The notes under the pieces: model-generated | What the model was told of the DNA's origin: nothing | Database searches by the model: none | The model's input: the letters and a program-made list of their open reading frames with translations, nothing else | In this document: one piece after another, positions 26,043 to 38,430 of the stretch | Numbering within the stretch: position 1 is the stretch's first letter | Layout: every line of letters starts with the position of its first letter | Assembly: GCA_951406725.2 (NCBI GenBank) | Contig: OX597841.1 | Span: 18,290,001-18,354,000 of the forward strand | Reading direction: 5' to 3' | From: Octopus vulgaris | Taxonomy: Eukaryota | DNA: 64,000 bases | Program-made: the position numbers and the translations under genes

Positions 26043-28491
26043 TGAGAGAGGGACGCCGTGCAGGTGAAAGAAGGAGGCCATGCAGGTGAGAGAGGGAGGC
26101 CATGCAGGTGAAAGAAGGAGGCTGTGCAGGTGAAAGAAGGAGGCCATGCAGGTGAAAGAAGGAGGCCATACAGGTGAAAGAAGGAGGCCATGCAGGTGAG
26201 AGAGGGAGGCCATGCAGGTGAAAGAAGGAGGCCGTGCAGGTGAAAGAAGGAGGCTGTGCAGGTGAAAGAAGGAGGCTGTGCAGGTGAAAGAAGGAGGCCA
26301 TACAGGTGAAAGAAGGAGGCCATACAGGTGAAAGAAGGAGGCCGTGCAGGTGAGAGAGGGAGGCCATGCAGGTGAAAGAAGGAGGCCATGCAGGTGAGAG
26401 AGGGAGGCCATGCAGGTGAAAGAAGAAAGAAGGAGGCCATACAGGTGAAAGAAGGAGGCCATACAGGTGAAAGAAGGAGGCCATGCAGGTGAGAGAGGGA
26501 GGCCATGCAGGTGAAAGAAGGAGGCCGTGCAGGTGAAAGAAGGAGGCTGTGCAGGTGAAAGAAGGAGGCTGTGCAGGTGAAAGAAGGAGGCCATACAGGT
26601 GAAAGAAGGAGGCCATACAGGTGAAAGAAGGAGGCCGTGCAGGTGAGAGAGGGAGGCCATGCAGGTGAAAGAAGGAGGCCATGCAGGTGAGAGAGGGAGG
26701 CCATGCAGGTGAAAGAAGGAGGCTGTGCAGGTGAAAGAAGGAGGCCATACAGGTGAAAGAAGGAGGCCATACAGGTGAAAGAAGGAGGCCATGCAGGTGA
26801 GAGAGGGAGGCCATGCAGGTGAAAGAAGGAGGCCGTGCAGGTGAAAGAAGGAGGCTGTGCAGGTGAAAGAAGGAGGCCATACAGGTGAAAGAAGGAGGCC
26901 ATGCAGGTGAGAGAGGGAGGCCATGCAGGTGAAAGAAGGAGGCCGTGCAGGTGAAAGAAGGAGGCCGTGCAGGTGAAAGAAGGAGGCTGTGCAGGTGAAA
27001 GAAGGAGGCCATGCAGGTGAGAGAGGGAGGCCATACAGGTGAAAGAAGGAGGCCATGCAGGTGAGAGAGGGAGGCTGTGCAGGTGAAAGAAGGAGGCCAT
27101 GCAGGTGAAAGAAGGAGGCTGTGCAGGTGAAAGAAGGAGGCTGTGCAGGTGAAAGAAGGAGGCCATACAGGTGAAAGAAGGAGGCCATACAGGTGAAAGA
27201 AGGAGGCCGTGCAGGTGAGAGAGGGAGGCCATGCAGGTGAAAGAAGGAGGCCGTGCAGGTGAAAGAAGGAGGCTGTGCAGGTGAAAGAAGGAGGCCATAC
27301 AGGTGAAAGAAGGAGGCCATGCAGGTGAGAGAGGGAGGCCATGCAGGTGAAAGAAGGAGGCCGTGCAGGTGAAAGAAGGAGGCCGTGCAGGTGAAAGAAG
27401 GAGGCTGTGCAGGTGAAAGAAGGAGGCCATGCAGGTGAGAGAGGGAGGCCATACAGGTGAAAGAAGGAGGCCATGCAGGTGAGAGAGGGAGGCTGTGCAG
27501 GTGAAAGAAGGAGGCCATGCAGGTGAGAGAGGGAGGCCATGCAGGTGAAAGAAGGAGGCTGTGCAGGTGAAAGAAGGAGGCCATGCAGGTGAGAGAGGGA
27601 GGCCATGCAGGTGAAAGAAGGAGGCTGTGCAGGTGAAAGAAGGAGGCTGTGCAGGTGAAAGAAGGAGGCCATGCAGGTGAGAGAGGGAGGCCATGCAGGT
27701 GAGAGAGGGAGGCCATGCAGGTGAAAGAAGGAGGCTGTGCAGGTGAAAGAAGGAGGCCGTGCAGGTGAAAGAAGGAGGCTGTGCAGGTGAAAGAAGGAGG
27801 CTGTGCAGGTGAAAGAAGGAGGCCATGCAGGTGAGAGAGGGAGGCCATGCAGGTGAGAGAGGGAGGCCATGCAGGTGAGAGAGGGAGGCCATGCAGGTGA
27901 GAGAGGGAGGCCATGCAGGTGAAAGAAGGAGGCCGTGCAGGTGAAAGAAGGAGGCCGTGCAGGTGAAAGAAGGAGGCTGTGCAGGTGAAAGAAGGAGGCC
28001 ATGCAGGTGAAAGAAGGAGGCTGTGCAGGTGAAAGAAGGAGGCCATGCAGGTGAGAGAGGGAGGCCATGCAGGTGAGAGAGGGAGGCCATGCAGGTGAAA
28101 GAAGGAGGCCATGCAGGTGAAAGAAGGAGGCCGTGCAGGTGAAAGAAGGAGGCTGTGCAGGTGAAAGAAGGAGGCTGTGCAGGTGAAAGAAGGAGGCTGT
28201 GCAGGTGAAAGAAGGAGGCCATGCAGGTGAGAGAGGGAGGCCATGCAGGTGAGAGAGGGAGGCCATGCAGGTGAAAGAAGGAGGCCGTGCAGGTGAAAGA
28301 AGGAGGCTGTGCAGGTGAAAGAAGGAGGCTATGCAGGTGAAAGAAGGAGGCCGTGCAGGTGAAAGAAGGAGGCCGTGCAGGTGAAAGAAGGAGGCTGTGC
28401 AGGTGAAAGAAGGAGGCTGTGCAGGTGAAAGAAGGAGGCTATGCAGGTGAAAGAAGGAGGCCGTGCAGGTGAAAGGAGGCCATGCAGGTGA
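26043..28491. repeat. 22-bp purine-rich minisatellite GCAGGTGA(AAGAA/GAGAG)GGAGGC(CAT/CGT/TGT), about 110 copies
   Basis: Tandem units with a small set of interspersed variants. The three minus-strand 730-750 aa ORFs are by-products. Confidence 0.97.
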
Positions 28492-29175
28492 GCTTTAGCA
28501 ATGATAAATAGAAGAATTTTCCAACTTCCCAATGTTCATCATCTGCGCAAACACACACACACACACACACACAGATATATATTAAGCCTGACTGTATGTG
28601 TGAGATGTGTACTTCATAACCATGTGATTGTGATTTCAATCCCATTACACAGCAGTGTTGTAGACCAATACTTTGTGAGTGGAATTTATAAGATGGTGGG
28701 TGGGTGAGCATATGCAAATGTTTGTATCTTTTGCCACAACACATTAACCGAGAAAATCAGTAAAAAAATAAGAAGTATTTTATCAAAGGAATACTTTAAG
28801 ATAGTCATACATTAAGTTAAATATTCCCTTCTCATCAGAAATGCTGTATATCATCATCATCATCATCATCATCATCATCGTTTAATGTCCGTTTTCCATG
28901 CTAGCATGAGTTGTATGGTTCGACCAGGGTCTGGGAAGCCAGGAAGCAGCACCAGGCTCCAGTCTGATCTGGCAGTGTTTCTACAGCTGGATGCCCTTCC
29001 TAATGCCAACCACTCTGTGAGTGTAGTGGGTGCTTTTTATGTGCCAGGGGAGGCTGGCATTAGCCACAGTCGGTTGGTGCTTTTTGCATGCCACCGGCAT
29101 AAACAATAATACTTCACTTTATGAGATCCTGGGTTTACGAGTTTTATTTTATAATAAACATAAAAAGGTTAAATA

Positions 29176-29592
29176 GGCGCAGGAGTGGCTGTGTGGTAAG
29201 TAGCTTGCTTACTAACCACATGGTTCTGGGTTCAGTCCCACTGCGTGGTATCTTGGGCAAGTGTCTTCTGCTATAGCCCCGGGCCGACCAATGCCTTGTG
29301 AGTGGATTTGGTAGACGGAAACTGAAAGAAGCCTGTTGTATATATGTGCATGTATATATATGTATGTGTGTGTGTGTGTGTTTGTGTGTCTATGTTTGTC
29401 CCCCTAGCATTGCTTGACAACCGATGCTGGTGTGTTTACGTCCCCGTCACTTAGCGGTTCGGCAAAAGAGACCGATAGAATAAGTACTGGGCTTACAAAG
29501 AATAAGTCCCGGGGTCGATTTGCTCGACTAAAGGCGGTGCTCCAGCATGGCCGCAGTCAAATGACTGAAACAAGTAAAAGAGATAAAAGAGA
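29176..29592 (+). mobile_element. SINE family A, full length
   Basis: Near-consensus copy. Confidence 0.9.
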
Positions 29593-30207
29593 GCCATTTT
29601 GTGTGTGTGTGTGACAATGTGGCAACATGTGGTAACATGTGGCAACACTGGCTCTGAGACATCTACGCAGTGACAGATTAAATGACAGTGTAGGGAAGCA
29701 CAAAGAAGCCAGCACCATTTTGAAACAGCGAGATCTCGCCTGCAACCATTATTTAAGGAAAACACAACATTTTCCCTCTCATTCTTCTCACACTGACGCC
29801 AAGCAAGACTTTGAAGCCAGGAGCTCACAGCAGACTTTGTCCCATTGTGATACCACAGCATTGTCTCCAGAGGCTATTGAACCCCCCGTGTATGGGAGAG
29901 AAGGCTAACTACGCACTGCTGTGAAGATGGTTACTGAAAGCAAATCCCTTGTACGAAGCACCTGTGAATTAAACGGTTGTTGAATTTACTCCACCTGAGA
30001 ACTTCATTCTTTGTAGTTCCAGCTTCTTGAATCAACAGAATAATTTATAATGGAAGAAGAAGATACCCCAAAAGTATCATAAAATTTCATTGCTACTATG
30101 AGAAATTATTGCTCTGCTTTTATGAGCCTTTGCTTTACGAGTAGTCTCTGGGAACAAATTAACTCGTATATTGAGGCATTACAGTGTATGTATGTATGTA
30201 TACATAC

Positions 30208-30730
30208 ATATGGTCAGCCTGTAATGACATGCATAAGATCTGGTCATCAAATCTAAGTAGAGACTTCAAACTTGAAATCTTCAAAGCCACAGTCGAACCA
30301 ATTCTACTCTATGGCTCAGAAACCTGGACGTTATCAAAGAAGCTTGAGAGGCGGTTGGATGGAACCTACACTCGCCTCCTTATGAGAGCTCAAAATCTCT
30401 CGTGGAAGCGCCATCCAACCAAAATGCCAATATATGGGAAACTACCACCTGTGTCATCTCTTGTGAAAGGTAGGAGAGTCCAGTTTGCTGGACATTGTTG
30501 TAGAGCTGAAAAAGAGATAATTTCTACTCTTCTCCTCTGGAAGCCATCTACTCGCAATACCAGAGGGCGCACACTCTCCTACCCTGATGTAATCTCCAGG
30601 GATACAGGCATCCAGCAACAGGACCTCCGTAATGCTATGATGGACCGTGAAGTCTGGCGTAGCATGGTAAATTCCATTGTCTCGACCACGGTCGAACAAT
30701 GATGATGATGATGATGATGGATGGATGGAT
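30208..30730 (+). mobile_element. 5'-truncated RTE-like LINE (C-terminal part of the RT ORF plus (GAT)n tail)
   Basis: Motifs VEPILLYGSETWTL, RRVQFAGH, RGR and MMDREVWR; about 165 codons without a stop. The stop is followed directly by (GAT)n(GGAT)n. Confidence 0.85.
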
Positions 30731-31515
30731 GGATATGTTTCTTCATTGGCCACATACGGCTGAACGCAGAAAGGACAAAAGACAAAGTGGGTAGAATTCC
30801 TATCAAAAGGGATTCAACCCCCTTTTTTCTTTCTTTTTTTTTTCTTCTCTTCTTCCTCCTAAAAAGAAAAGCTCTACTTTGTATTTTGGCCGTTCTGTGT
30901 TCAGCCTTGTGTGGCCAATAAAGAGACAGACAGATATATAGATAGAAACCAGTGATTGGCCTATTGGAAACTATCATTCAGCAATTTTGATTTATTGATT
31001 TGTTCATTTAAATTGCATTTCCTCCAGGTGACTGCCAAGCAAACGTCTTCACCTCACAGCCATACCTGTGCCTATGGGCATAAAACACGAAAGTACAGAC
31101 ATGACGATCACAGCCCCTCATCCACATACACACAGACACATGATCACACACATACTAATGCCACACACACACACAAGTCAGCAAGGGAGTGTCTATGCTG
31201 CTAGTTTACTAGAAATAGCAAACAAATCTCTTTGAAATCACACAATGTGGCCCTGTATTCCATGAACCCAGCTTGATCATAACTCTGCTTGAAAAGGACT
31301 GGCCCGGGGCTATACAACATCTCCCCTCCCTGCACACACAAATAAGCATGTGCACACCTATAAACATACTAATACACACTCACACACACGCACACACACT
31401 ATTTAGACAAATTTATAGATGGGAAAGGGGTGGAAAAGAGTCTTGTGAAAGTAGAGGTGAGAGGGAGGTGAACAATAGTAAAATGACAGACTGAAAAGTC
31501 AAAGTACAGAATATA

Positions 31516-31607
<92 letters not shown>

Positions 31608-31609
<2 letters not shown>

Positions 31610-31780
31610 CGGGAAGCTTTATGAAAATAAACAAAAGACGAAGGCAAGTGGAGTACAAACAAACAAATGTATTAGTATGGCGCTCAGGAATAGAAATAGA
31701 AAAGTCTTTAACGTTTCAAGCCTATGCTCTTCAACAGAAAGATACACAGAAAAGAAACAAGGAGAGAAAAAAATGCATAC
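31608..31780 (-). mobile_element. Short hammerhead-bearing element, family H2 (copy at 55490-55664 on +), flanked by microsatellite
   Basis: Motif at 31705-31742: tcttt-CTGTTGA-a-gagc(atag)gctt-GAAA-CGTT-aaaga. Related to family H1. Confidence 0.65.
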
Positions 31781-33489
31781 TTATGTGTGTGTGTATGGAT
31801 ATATATATGTATGTGTATATATACATATATATGTATATGTGTGTATGTATGTGTGTATATATATATATATAAATATATATATATATACATGTTTTCATGT
31901 TGTCTGTGAGAGAGAGAGAGAGAGAGGAAGAGGGAGAGATTGAGTGATATGTATATAATTTCACTTATCAAATTTCTTGGTACTTTCTATAAAATGAAAG
32001 GAAAACCAATTTTCAAAAGAAAAAAATAATATTCGTTACCTTCAACAGAATTAAATAAACAAATTTTTCATTTGTACATTTGCAGTAAACATGTTATTAT
32101 TTCTCCCAAATTTATCAACTTAATTGCAATCTACTCCATAGAAAACCTATCTCTGTAAAACTTGATGTAACAATACGTATTTATCAGAAAGTTATAAGAT
32201 GTTCCTCTTATGTTAACCGACTCTCTTTTACTCTCTCTACATGATGTGAAGCATGACTGGGGAAATCAACCAACCAACAGTTCTATCAGTGAGAGAGCAG
32301 AGCATGCCATCAAAGTGACCCTGGGGTACAAATATACGAAGCCCAAAATACCCATCATGACTACCCGTCTGAAAAGGGTACACTAGGCACATGCATCACA
32401 ACCCTATGTGCGCGACATGGTGATCTCATATCAAGATAAACAGCACATGACCTTGCAGTTGGGGCCCAGTTAGAATTTTCTTTAGGTTGAGTAGCCCATC
32501 TCACTCAAAAGGTCCCTGAATGAGGGTTGTTTAAGGATGTTGAACGAACCACCCATGTTTTCGAAGGTGAATTATTCAAACCCCAAAGAATCCCTCTCAA
32601 CACATGGCTATGATGCTCCCCCACTACTTCTGCTCGTGATCAGAGATACACTTATCGTCAGCCACTAAGGGACATGCTCAACTGGTTAAGGTCAAACAAC
32701 TGACAAGCAAATCTGTGGTATTGAGCAGAATATTTGCTGTAGGCCATCTTTTATACCAAGACAAAACAATGTACATGATAACACTTCCAATCAGTTAAGA
32801 TCAGAAGCCATGAGATTATTATTATTATTATTGTTGTTGTTGTTGTTGTTGCTATGTGGTGAGCTGGCAGAATTATGAGCACAGTGGGCAAAATACTGAC
32901 TGGCATTTCATTTATTGCTATGTTCTGAGATCAAAATTTCATCTTTTTGGGGTCGATAAATTAAGTACCAGTGAAACACTGGGGTTGAAGTAATCAACTA
33001 GGCCCCTACTCTCAAATTTCAGGCCTTGTGCCTATGGTGGAAAAGATTGTTATTATTATTTTACTACACTCTCGGAGTGGTTGGCATTAGGAAGGGCATC
33101 CAGCTGTAGAAACACTGCCAGATCAGATTGGAGTCTGGTTCGCCAGACCTCAGTCAAATCGTCCAACCCATGCCAGCATGGAAAGCGGACGTTAAATGAT
33201 GATGATGATGATGATAAAGGTGGTGAGCTGGCAAAATGATTAAGGTGGTATTTCAATTATCACAATGTTCTGAGTTCAAATTCCGCCGAGGATGACTTTA
33301 CCTTTCATCTTTCCGGGCTTGATAGAATAAGTACCAGCAAAATACTGGGATCTATGTAATCAACTTACCCCCGCCCCCACCTCCGAAGTTGCTGGCCTTG
33401 TGCCAAAATCTGAAATCATTTAGCAAGCCAGACAAAAACATGCTTAGCAACATTTCATCAATCTTTAAGGTAAGTTTTTTTTTTCTTTT

Positions 33490-33892
33490 ATTCTTTTACT
33501 TGTTTCAGTCATTTTGACTGCGGCCATGCTGGAGCACCGCCTTTAGTCGAGCAAATCGACCCCGGGACTTATTCTTTGTAAGCCCAGTACTTATTCTATC
33601 GGTCCCTTTTGCCGAACCGCTAAGTGACGGGGACATAAACGCACCAGCATCGGTTGTCAAGCAATGCTAGAGGGACAAACACGGACACACAAACACACAC
33701 ACATACACATATATACATATATATATATACGACAGGCTTCTTTCAGTTTCCGTCTACCAAATCCACTCACAAGGCATTGGTCGGCCCGGAGCTATAGCAG
33801 AAGACACTTGCCCAAGATGCCAAGCAGCGGGACTGAACCCGGAACCATGTGGTTGGTTAGCAAGCTACTTACCACACAGCCACTCCTGCGCC
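33490..33892 (-). mobile_element. SINE family A, full length, nested in a SINE B
   Basis: Near-consensus copy. SINE B sequence resumes at about 33895. Confidence 0.85.
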
Positions 33893-34044
33893 TAGTGTTC
33901 AAATTCCGCCAAGGCTGACTTTACCTTTCATCCTTTCGGGGTCGATAAAATAAGTACCGGTTATGTACTGGGGTTGAAGGTGATCAACTTCCCCTCCCCC
34001 AAATTTCTGGCCTTGTGCCTATAGAAGAAAGAATTATTATTATT

Positions 34045-35048
34045 ATTTCTTTAATGCCAACGGGGATGGGGGGGGGGGCTAAACATAGAGGGGACAAACA
34101 AAGACAAAGGGATTAATTACAGTGACCCCACTGCATGACTGGTACTCATTTAATCGACCCCATAAGGATGAAAGGCAAAGTTGACCTCGATGGAATTTGA
34201 ACTCGGAATGTAATGGCAGACGAAATACCTATTTCTTTACTACCCACTCGGGGCTAAACACAGAAAGGACAAACAAGGACAGACAAATGGATTACGTCGA
34301 TTATATCGACCCCAGTGCATAACTGGTATTTATTTAATCGACCCTGAAAGGATGAAAGGCAAAGTCGACCTCGGCGGAATTTGAACTCAGAACGTAGCGG
34401 CAGATGAAATACTGCTAAGCATTTCACCCAGCATGCTAACGATTCTCCCAGCTCACCACCGTTCTAAGACATACATTTATGGACATAAACACACAGACAC
34501 ACACAACCATTTAGACAGATTTATGAGAAAGGGGTGAGATGAGTAGGAAAGAGTCATGTGAGAGAAAGAAGAACAATTATTATTATTATTATTGTTATCA
34601 TTTTTATATATAAGGCAGCAGCTTTGCCGAATCATTAACATGAAAGACAAAATGCAGTGGCATTACCTCTGCCATTATGTTCTGAGTTCAATTCTGATGA
34701 TGGTGGTGCTGATGTGGTTGTAGTAGTAGTAGTAGTATGTGTGTGTAGTTCTCCAGTCAGCCTGTAGCATAGAAGCAGTCAACCACAGATCCAACATCCC
34801 AATGGTACAAAGACAGCGGTGAGCTGGCAGAAATGTTAGCACGCTGGGCGAAATGCTTAGCAGTACTTCGTCTGCCACTATGTTCTGAGTTCAAATTCCA
34901 CCGAGGTCGACTTTGCCTTTCATCCTTTCGGGGTCAATAAATTAAGTACCAGTTATGCACTGGGGTTAATGTAATCGACTTAATCCGTTTGTCTGTCCTT
35001 GTTTGTCCTCTCTGTGTTTAGCCCCTTGTGGGTAGTAAAGAAGTAGGT
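34045..35048. mobile_element. SINE family B cluster (dimer on minus at 34045-34460; full copy on plus at 34817-35048)
   Basis: GCGGTGAGCTGGCAGAA...GAGTTCAAATTCC...GGTCGACTTTGCCTTTCATCCTTTCGGGGTC...AAGTACCAG. Confidence 0.85.
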
Positions 35049-37162
35049 ACTATGTGTCCACATAGTTAAAGACCATATTGCACCTCTGACGTGCAATCAC
35101 AAACAGCAGAGGACGGTTTCACAGTCAGGGTCCGCTGCACTCGCTCCACTGTCCATTCTATTTCTTGTACAATTGTTAGACATTGCAAACTGAAACGAAA
35201 TCGTAGTCATGGCTGATGCTAGTGTTGTGTAACTTGCACCTATGCCACATAAAAAGCACCCTTTGAATGTTGGGTGATATGTCCTGCTTGAGAAGACCCC
35301 TCAAGCCAAGTGAAATCATAGTTGTGGCTGATGCCAGGGTCGTGTAAGTGGCATCCGTGCCAGTGGCATGTAAAAAGCACCTTTCGAAATTTAGGACTCA
35401 CAGAGGCAGTGACAAAGGACTGAGACCTTTGGCGATATACCATGCTTCAGAAAACCTGTCAAGGTAAGTGAGGTCATAGTTGGGGTTGATGCTGGGGGTA
35501 CGTAAAAAGCATCCACTACACCAGTGGTTTTCAACCAGGGTTCCGTGGAACCTTAGGGTTCCGCCAGTACAGTCCAGGGGTTCCGCAAGAAGTTACAAAA
35601 CTGCTAAAATCGGCAGTAATTTTTAATTCTCCTGTGCAGATATGTGTGCTTAAGACTATTAAATTATTGCACTGGGGTTCCTCGAGCCAGTGGAATGTTT
35701 CCTTGGGGTTCGGCTCCAGCAAAAAGGTTGAAAAGCATCCACTACACTCTTGGAGTGGGTGGCTTTAGGAAGGGTATCCAGCTGTAGAAACCATGCCAAA
35801 TCAGACAACTGGAGCCTGGTGTAGCTCTCTAGCTTACCAGCTCCAGTCAAACCATCCAACCCATGCCAGCATGGAAAACAGATGTTAAATGATGATGAGG
35901 TAAGAGGTGCCTAGAGAGGGATGCTGTCCCCTCAACCAATAAACTGCTGTGGGTGCCACTGGATGATGGACTCTGGCAATGATTTTATTCTTCACTTTCC
36001 AAAGTGCTAGTCTTAATGTGCTTGAGGTTGAGGTGCTGAACACACCAAGATGCTGTTGGAGGTGGTGGTGTCACAGCACATGGCATCTCAGACGAAGGGC
36101 CAACCAATATGGAATGAGAAAATCGTCATTCCGTCCGGCCTTGCTGGCTCAAGCTGGGAAGAGAAGCCTGCAGCGTCAAGGCCAGGGGTTCTCAACCGGG
36201 GTCCATATAACCATTAGGGGTCCCTATAAGTTAATGTTGATTATGGATGTATCTTTTTTTCTTTTCTCCAAAGATGGTTAAGTATGATTTGAAGGAGATT
36301 TAGCTGTTATGTCTAGCTGGCTGAGTGATCACAGTGATACCTACCAGGGGTGGTGTTTAGTTCCAGGTCAACCAAGTAAGCAGACATGTAATCAATAAGA
36401 CTTCCTACCATGACCATATCATATTACATCAGACATAACAACAGACAGGAGTAAATTAGCCAACATGTTCTGTCCTTCCTGTTTTTTACTTTCTTTTTAA
36501 ATTGCTAGAAACAGCAGCCAATTCTCCTTGAAATCTCATGTAAAAAGGATGGACCATAAGTCATTAGATATTCTATAATATAATCCAAGATCAACGATGA
36601 GCAAACTGTAGCCCATGGGCTGCATGTTGCCTGTAGGCCACATGTTGCCTGTAGACCACATGCTGCCTGTAGGCCACATGTTGCCTGTAGGCCACATGTT
36701 GCTTGTAGGATTTTGTGAATGGCATGCCTAATGAAAAAATTACCTTGAATGTAGCCAACCTGATGATAAGCCATGTCTCATGTGGCCCACTTCTCAAAAA
36801 AAGGTTCTCCATAGCTCTCCTATTTATACAGGGCGATACAAAAGTCCCTTTAATATTGAACTCTTTTATTTACTAATTTATATTTTGAAGGTAACGAGCA
36901 GGCAGGATCGTTAGCATGCCAGGCAAAATGTTCAGAAGTCTTTCATCCAACTTTATGTTCTGAGTTCAAATTCTGCCAAAGTCAACTTTGGCTTTTGTCC
37001 TTTCGGGGGGGGGGTCGATCAAATAAGTACTAGTTGAGCACTGGAGTCAATATAATCAACAAGCCCCCTCTCTCAAAATTGCTGGCCTTGTACCAAAATA
37101 TGAAACTGATACTAACTCTTTTGTATCAAAAGAGTTAATATCAGTTTCAGTTTTGTTTGAGA

Positions 37163-37331
37163 CTTACTGTCCTTGGTCCAATGATACAACTTTACTGTCC
37201 TTGGTCCAATCATACAACTTTACTGTCCTTGGTCCAATCATACAACTTTACTGTCCTTGGTCCAATCATACAACTTTACTGTCCTTGGTCCAATCATACA
37301 ACTTTACTGTCCTTGGTCCAATCATACAACT
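37163..37331. repeat. 28-bp minisatellite CTTTACTGTCCTTGGTCCAATCATACAA, 6 copies
   Basis: Direct inspection. Confidence 0.95.
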
Positions 37332-37680
37332 TCCATATCTTAAAGTGACCTAAATTGAAACCTTTCATCAAAATTCCATGTTTATTTTATATTCTAAACA
37401 TCAGCTTAATGCAGAGAGTTAGTTTACAAAATTCCTTTGCTGTTATTTCTAGCAGATTAAATTACCACATACCAATTGCTATCATCATTAGTGGTGGTGG
37501 TGGTGGTGGTGGCTGTTGTGGTGATGGTGTTGGTGGTTGTGTTGGTAGTTAGCTTGACCGGCTACAAATAGTCAAGTCTTTTTAAATGACACTCTGGAGT
37601 TGTTAGAAACAGCAGCCAAATCACAACCTACTGTTACATATGTGTGTGTATATGTTGAACAAAATATATATCTATTTATA

Positions 37681-38036
37681 GTGGCTGTGTGGTGAGTAGC
37701 TTGCTAACCAACCACATGGTTCTGGGTTCAGTCCCACTGCGTGGCATCTTGGGCAAATGTCTTCTGCTATAGCCCCGGGCCGACCAATGCCTTGTGAGTG
37801 GATTTGGTAGACGGAAACTGAAAGAAGCCTGTCGTATATATGTATATATATATGTATGTATGTGTTTGTGTTTGTCCCCCTAGCATTGCTTGACAACCAA
37901 TGCTGGTGTGTTTACGTCCCCGTCACTTAGCAGTTCGGCAAAAGCGACCGATAGAATAAGTACTGGCCTTACAAAGAATAAGTCCTGGGGTCGATTTGCT
38001 CGACTAAAGGCGGTGCTCCAGCATGGCCGCAGTCAA
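37681..38036 (+). mobile_element. SINE family A
   Basis: Near-consensus copy, slightly truncated. Confidence 0.9.
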
Positions 38037-38332
38037 GAGTAGAGTAAATATTAGTGACCCAGGCAGATTCAATAGAGAGAGGTAATATTTATTGCCACTT
38101 AAACCAGCAGATCATGTGTGTTTGACCTTTCAATCTGCTGGTCACTGGAGATGGTGGGGGCTTATCTCTCTGTTAGCGAAGCCAAGCTGTTGTAGAAATA
38201 TTATCTCCCAGGATTAATACTTTTGGACAACAAGCTCACTGGGGAATCACGACACTAGCGCTTGTTTTGCCATGTTTCTCTATTTATCGCTGGTGGGGAG
38301 GTGAATCGCTGCTATTTCTAGCAGTTGAGAGT

Positions 38333-38379
38333 CCATCACTGATGAGACCAGGGATAGTTGAAATCCCATGATCTGGTGG
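38333..38379 (+). ncRNA. Type I hammerhead ribozyme motif in a dispersed repeat (partial inverted copy at 62721-62808)
   Basis: ccatca-CTGATGA-gac(cagggata)gtt-GAAA-tc(ccat)ga-TC-tggtgg. All three stems pair and the triplet is AUC. Confidence 0.7.
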
Positions 38380-38430
38380 TCTCAGGCTGGAGATGGAGAG
38401 GATTTATTCCCCTGCTAGCGATATGAACAA

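Noticed and set aside
26010-28266. Three 730-750 aa minus-strand ORFs
   Set aside because: The 22-bp period is not a multiple of 3, so the same peptide cycles through all frames. This is a minisatellite artefact.
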